A DNA stretch of 32,000 nucleotides. Source: Desulfocapsa sulfexigens DSM 10523 (GTDB lineage: Bacteria; Desulfobacterota; Desulfobulbia; Desulfobulbales; Desulfocapsaceae). The notes under the pieces were generated by a model, which worked only from the letters and a program-made list of their open reading frames with translations, was not told where the DNA came from and did not search any database. The position numbers and the translations under genes are program-made. Shown here one piece after another: positions 28,071-32,000 of this stretch; position 1 is the stretch's first letter, and the number at the start of each line of letters is the position of its first letter. The stretch lies in the NCBI RefSeq assembly GCF_000341395.1, contig NC_020304.1, positions 1,890,001-1,922,000 of the forward strand, read 5' to 3'.

Positions 28071-28567
28071 AACCACGGGTCGGCTAGCCGATGAAGGGAA
28101 GCATTTAAGCCCTTTTCGTCGATGGTGAGAATAGCATAACTTCCAGGAGCTCCATAACGACCACTGTTTGAGAAGGAACCGGGATTGACAAAGAGTGTCT
28201 TGGCCAGGCGATGATTTACGGCGATATGGGTATGACCATAAACAATACAATCAGCGACTGGGAAGAGACTCCACATGCGTTCTTCAATGGTATGTCTTAC
28301 TCCGGCACCGTGGCAAAGGCCGATACTGTATCCCTCAATAGTGATTGTTTTATCAGTGGGGAGGGTGCGGTATGAGGAGGTGTCACACATGTTTCCATGA
28401 ACCGCATGTACTTCTTTTCCTTCAAAGGCAGTAAGAATAGAGATGTCAGTAAGATCACCGGCGTGGAGAATTATGGAACAGTCACCAAAGGCGAGTTGCA
28501 CTTGTTGTAGAAACCATGGTGAGGGGCTGGTGAGGTGGGTGTCTGAAAGAATGCCAATGCGGGTCAC
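28067..28567 (-). CDS. YfcE/MJ0936-family metallophosphoesterase.
   Basis: 166 aa. Motifs in order: ILSDTH, HAGD, GNMCD (GNxD), GHTH. GTG start at 28567 with AAGGAG upstream. Confidence 0.85.
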   Translation of the reverse strand: MTRIGILSDTHLTSPSPWFLQQVQLAFGDCSIILHAGDLTDISILTAFEGKEVHAVHGNMCDTSSYRTLPTDKTITIEGYSIGLCHGAGVRHTIEERMWSLFPVADCIVYGHTHIAVNHRLAKTLFVNPGSFSNSGRYGAPGSYAILTIDEKGLNASLHRLADPWL

Positions 28568-28603
28568 GGAAAAATAATCTCCTTTTTTTTGTTTTCCTTC
28601 GGC

Positions 28604-28631
28604 TTGTGAGTTACAGGGTGGTGATTATTAT
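28604..28631 (+). promoter_or_regulatory. Weak candidate sigma70 promoter for lon.
   Basis: TTGTGA (28604-28609), a 16-nt spacer, then TATTAT (28626-28631), in the 197-nt divergent intergenic region. I could not recognise a convincing sigma32 or CIRCE element. Confidence 0.25.
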
Positions 28632-28764
28632 AACGTGAAGCAGGTGACGAAGCACCTGAAAAATTTTTCTTTTTCACCAGTACCTGATAGACTTTTAAAA
28701 AGTTTGTTTTGGATAAAAAGGATTCTGAATATATTCGTACTAACTGTGCAGGAGTTAATCATAT

Positions 28765-31179
28765 ATGGAAAATAAAAATGCAGACCATGTTGAAGCTGAA
28801 GTGATAAATGAAGGTGGTGCAAATAAAGATATTGCTCTGCCAAGTCAGATTTTCCCCAAACATCTTTATCTTATTCCTATTGCCAGTCGGCCGTTTTTTC
28901 CGGGGCAGGTTCAGCCTATTGTGTTATCCGGAGAGTACTGGAGGGAAACCATACAAAAGATTGGTGAAACTGAACAGAAGCTGGTGGGGTTGGTTTATAC
29001 CAGCAATATTCCTGCTCAGAATACTGCTCCCGAGGATTTTGCCAAAATAGGGTGTGTGGGAAAAATTCTTAAACCCTCCATGGAAGAGTCTAATATTCAT
29101 TTTATCTGCCAGGGCATGCGTCGTTTTCGTATTAAGCGCTGGCTCGATACTAAGGTTCCGTTTCTGGTTGAGGTAGAGTATCCCGATGAAGATCAGGGAA
29201 CTACTATAAATAATATCGAGACCAGGGCCTACGCCCTCTCTATCATTGCAGCGGTAAAAGAATTGGTGCATGCCAATCCATTACATGGCGAAGAGTTGAA
29301 GCAGGCTTTGCAGTATTTTTCACCCAGTGAGCCGGCCCCCCTTACCGATTTCGCAGCAACTCTCACTACGGCCACCGGGGATGAATTGCAGAAGGTTCTT
29401 GCGACTCTGCCGATTTTGAAACGGATGCAGCGGGTATTTCCTCTGCTCCAGAAAGAGGTTGAAATCACAAAGCTTCATGGTGAAATCAGTAAGGATGTAA
29501 ACACCAAAATTACGCAACGGCAACGACAGTTTTTTTTGAAGGAACAGTTGAAGACCATACAGAAGGAGCTGGGTATCACCAAGGATGATCGTAAGTCTGA
29601 CGCTGAAGAATTTGAAAAGCGGATCGAAAAATTGACTCTTCCCGAGGCTGTGGCCGAACGTGTCGAGGATGAACTGAAGAAATTAAGCTTTCTTGAAAAA
29701 GGATCTCAGGAATATGCGGTGACCAGGAATTATCTGGATTGGATGACCTCTGTTCCCTGGGGTGTTTTTTCCAGAGATAAGCTTGGAATAAAAGAAGCAA
29801 GAGAGATTCTTGATCGGGACCATGATGGACTTGAGGATGTGAAGGACAGAATAATAGAATTCCTGGCCGTTGGAGCGTATAAAAAAGAGATAGCAGGATC
29901 CATCATGCTGCTTGTCGGCCCGCCAGGTGTCGGGAAGACATCTATTGGTCATTCTGTTGCCGATGCTATGGGAAGAGAGTTTTATCGCTTCAGTCTTGGC
30001 GGTATGCGGGATGAGGCGGAAATTAAAGGACATCGACGCACCTATATTGGATCCATGCCCGGAAAGTTTGTGCAGGCTCTCAAGGTGGTGAAGACCTCTA
30101 ATCCAGTGATTATGCTTGATGAAATTGATAAGATTGGCGCCTCGTTCCACGGAGATCCAGCCTCTGCCTTGCTTGAGGTGCTCGACCCCGAACAGAACGC
30201 TGATTTTCTGGATCACTATCTTGACCTCCGGGTGGATCTTTCAAAGGTTCTCTTTATATGTACCGCCAATCAGCTTGACACTATCCCCGGGCCATTGCTT
30301 GATCGGATGGAAATCATCCGTCTTTCAGGATATATAACTGAAGAAAAAATTACTATTGCCAGGAATCATCTTTGGCCGAAGGCATTGCAAAAAGCCGGGT
30401 TGAAAAAGAAACAATTGAAGATCAGTGATGCCGCCTTGAGGCTTCTTGTCGAAGGATATGCTCGAGAGGCTGGCGTCCGTAAAACAGAAAAGCATCTGTT
30501 GAAGATTGTGCGGAAAGCTGTAGTTCGGTTTCTTGAAGATCCTGAGCTTCTTCTTTCGGTAACTGTAAACAACATCGAAGATTTCTTAGGAAAGCCATTT
30601 TTTAAAAAGACATCCCGCATCGAGGGCATAGGGGTTATTACAGGACTTGCCTGGACTGCCCTGGGCGGAGTCACTCTTGCCGTGGAGGCTACAGCTGTGC
30701 CAAGTGAGCGTACGGGGTTTAAGCAAACCGGGCAGCTCGGTGATGTAATGCGGGAATCTTCTGAAATAGCCTACAGTTTTTTGCTGTCCAATGCTGCACG
30801 GTATGGAGTCAATAAGGAGTTTTTTAAGAAACATTTTATTCATCTCCATGTTCCTGAAGGGGCCACGCCAAAAGATGGTCCAAGTGCTGGTGTGACTATG
30901 GCATCTGCTTTGCTCAGCCTTGGTATGGGAAAAAAGGTTAAACGGAATCTTGCAATGACAGGAGAGTTAACCCTTACTGGGATAGTACTCCCGGTTGGAG
31001 GTATTAAGGAAAAGGTGATCGCGTCTAAACGAAATGGTATTAACGAATTGATCTTACCGGAGGCGAACCGTGATGATTTTGAAACTCTGCCCGACTACAT
31101 TAAGGAAGGATTCACGGTGCATTTTGCTGAAAAGTATGATCAGGTTGCAAAGGTGATCCTGTCGGCATTGAAAGGCTGA
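28765..31179 (+). CDS. lon: ATP-dependent Lon protease (LonA).
   Basis: 804 aa. LON N-domain (YLIPIASRPFFPGQVQPI), AAA+ Walker A GPPGVGKTS, Walker B IMLDEIDK, protease Ser in PKDGPSAGVTMA, and Lys in GGIKEKV. Confidence 0.97.
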   Translation: MENKNADHVEAEVINEGGANKDIALPSQIFPKHLYLIPIASRPFFPGQVQPIVLSGEYWRETIQKIGETEQKLVGLVYTSNIPAQNTAPEDFAKIGCVGKILKPSMEESNIHFICQGMRRFRIKRWLDTKVPFLVEVEYPDEDQGTTINNIETRAYALSIIAAVKELVHANPLHGEELKQALQYFSPSEPAPLTDFAATLTTATGDELQKVLATLPILKRMQRVFPLLQKEVEITKLHGEISKDVNTKITQRQRQFFLKEQLKTIQKELGITKDDRKSDAEEFEKRIEKLTLPEAVAERVEDELKKLSFLEKGSQEYAVTRNYLDWMTSVPWGVFSRDKLGIKEAREILDRDHDGLEDVKDRIIEFLAVGAYKKEIAGSIMLLVGPPGVGKTSIGHSVADAMGREFYRFSLGGMRDEAEIKGHRRTYIGSMPGKFVQALKVVKTSNPVIMLDEIDKIGASFHGDPASALLEVLDPEQNADFLDHYLDLRVDLSKVLFICTANQLDTIPGPLLDRMEIIRLSGYITEEKITIARNHLWPKALQKAGLKKKQLKISDAALRLLVEGYAREAGVRKTEKHLLKIVRKAVVRFLEDPELLLSVTVNNIEDFLGKPFFKKTSRIEGIGVITGLAWTALGGVTLAVEATAVPSERTGFKQTGQLGDVMRESSEIAYSFLLSNAARYGVNKEFFKKHFIHLHVPEGATPKDGPSAGVTMASALLSLGMGKKVKRNLAMTGELTLTGIVLPVGGIKEKVIASKRNGINELILPEANRDDFETLPDYIKEGFTVHFAEKYDQVAKVILSALKG

Positions 31180-31182
31180 GGA

Positions 31183-31629
31183 ATGAAGAAGACAAGTAGA
31201 AATAACATATTACTGGCTCTCTTTGCCTTGGTTATTTACCTGCTGGCACAGCAGGGGGAAAATTTTTCAGACATTGCCACTGTCGTTCCCGGGGGATCTG
31301 AAACGACAGTGGAAGCAGCCTTTGCCAATCAGCAAAGTGATTTACAGATTCAGGGTCGTGGGATTGTGAAAAAGGTTCTTCCTGATGATCGTGAGGGGAC
31401 GCAGCATCAAAAGTTTATTTTACAGGTAGATCCTGACCAGACAGTACTTGTGGCCCATAATATTGATGTGGCGGCCAGACTGGAAGGGCTGGAAGCAGGG
31501 GACACCGTGGAGTTCTATGGTGAGTATGAGTGGACAGCACAGGGTGGTGTTATTCATTGGACGCATCGTGATTTAGATGGCCGTCACACAGACGGTTGGT
31601 TGAGATATAATGGAAAAACATACCAGTAG
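31183..31629 (+). CDS. DUF3465-family exported protein.
   Basis: 148 aa. N-terminal signal/TM (ILLALFALVIYLLA). QHQKFIL...VAHNID...GD.VEF.GEYEW...GGVIHWTH is as I recall for DUF3465. Starts 3 nt after the lon stop. Confidence 0.75.
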   Translation: MKKTSRNNILLALFALVIYLLAQQGENFSDIATVVPGGSETTVEAAFANQQSDLQIQGRGIVKKVLPDDREGTQHQKFILQVDPDQTVLVAHNIDVAARLEGLEAGDTVEFYGEYEWTAQGGVIHWTHRDLDGRHTDGWLRYNGKTYQ

Positions 31630-31975
31630 CGTGTTCCAAAGAAGAGTTGTCAACAGTTTTGGCTTTTCTTTGCAGGGTTTGCAGGCAACCTTCAGGGAAG
31701 AGGAGGCTTTCAGGGTGGAAATTATTCTGGCAGCCATGCTGATTCCCCTCGGATTGTTTCTTGGTGATAGCGGAACTGAAAGAGCGCTGCTTATTGGTAG
31801 TGTCTTTCTTGTTTTGATTGTTGAAGTCATGAATTCTGCAATTGAAAGCGTGGTGGACAGGTTCGGTGGTGAACAGCATGATCTTTCAGGCCGTGCCAAG
31901 GATCAGGGGTCTGCTGCTGTTTTTCTGTCGCTTATGCTGGTGGTGTTGGTATGGGCACTCCTGCTGCTATTTTAG
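31610..31975 (+). CDS. dgkA: Diacylglycerol kinase (prokaryotic DgkA).
   Basis: 121 aa. EEAFRVE...LVLIVEVMNSAIESVVDRFGGEQHDLSGRAKDQGSAAV aligns closely with E. coli DgkA (EILNSAIEAVVDRIGSEYHELSGRAKDMGSAAV). It overlaps the DUF3465 gene by 20 nt. Confidence 0.9.
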   Translation: MEKHTSSVFQRRVVNSFGFSLQGLQATFREEEAFRVEIILAAMLIPLGLFLGDSGTERALLIGSVFLVLIVEVMNSAIESVVDRFGGEQHDLSGRAKDQGSAAVFLSLMLVVLVWALLLLF

Positions 31976-32000
31976 TGTATAAGAAAGTTTTTTGTGTCCT

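Overview
This window reads as ordinary chromosomal core genome. I saw no transposase, integrase, phage, CRISPR, rRNA or tRNA signal. Gene content, and an ATP synthase operon with b'/b subunits but no a/c genes, suggest a moderately AT-rich Desulfobacterota-like (Desulfobulbales-like) bacterium; that is inference only.

Gene order, left to right:
- 3' end of a PEP-utilising (swivel-domain) enzyme
- a small Lys/Cys-rich ORF
- DUF2892 membrane protein (-)
- D-Ala-D-Ala carboxypeptidase (-)
- a Cys-rich PLA2-like exported protein (-)
- ArsR-family regulator plus a membrane protein (-)
- acetate-utilisation locus: acs, a cNMP/CBS/DUF294 nucleotidyltransferase, a DEDDh exonuclease, and a DUF4212 + sodium:solute symporter pair
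- isochorismatase-family hydrolase and alaS
- F1Fo ATP synthase operon atpF'-atpF-atpH-atpA-atpG-atpD-atpC
- a solitary GltD/NfnB-like FeS flavoprotein
- a TPR-AMIN-amidase_3 cell-wall amidase (-)
- a tightly overlapping metallophosphoesterase-HIT-mutS operon (-)
- lon-DUF3465-dgkA

Several ORF-track starts are upstream alternative-codon or out-of-context extensions. I trimmed them to starts supported by an RBS, a signal peptide or a conserved N-terminus.

I found no clear-cut novel system. The best candidate is the uncharacterised sensor-nucleotidyltransferase/exonuclease pair inside the acetate locus. After that come a His-rich repeat extension on ATP synthase subunit b and the small Cys-rich ORF next to the PEP-utilising enzyme. 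All domain calls come from motif recognition by eye and need HMM or BLAST confirmation.
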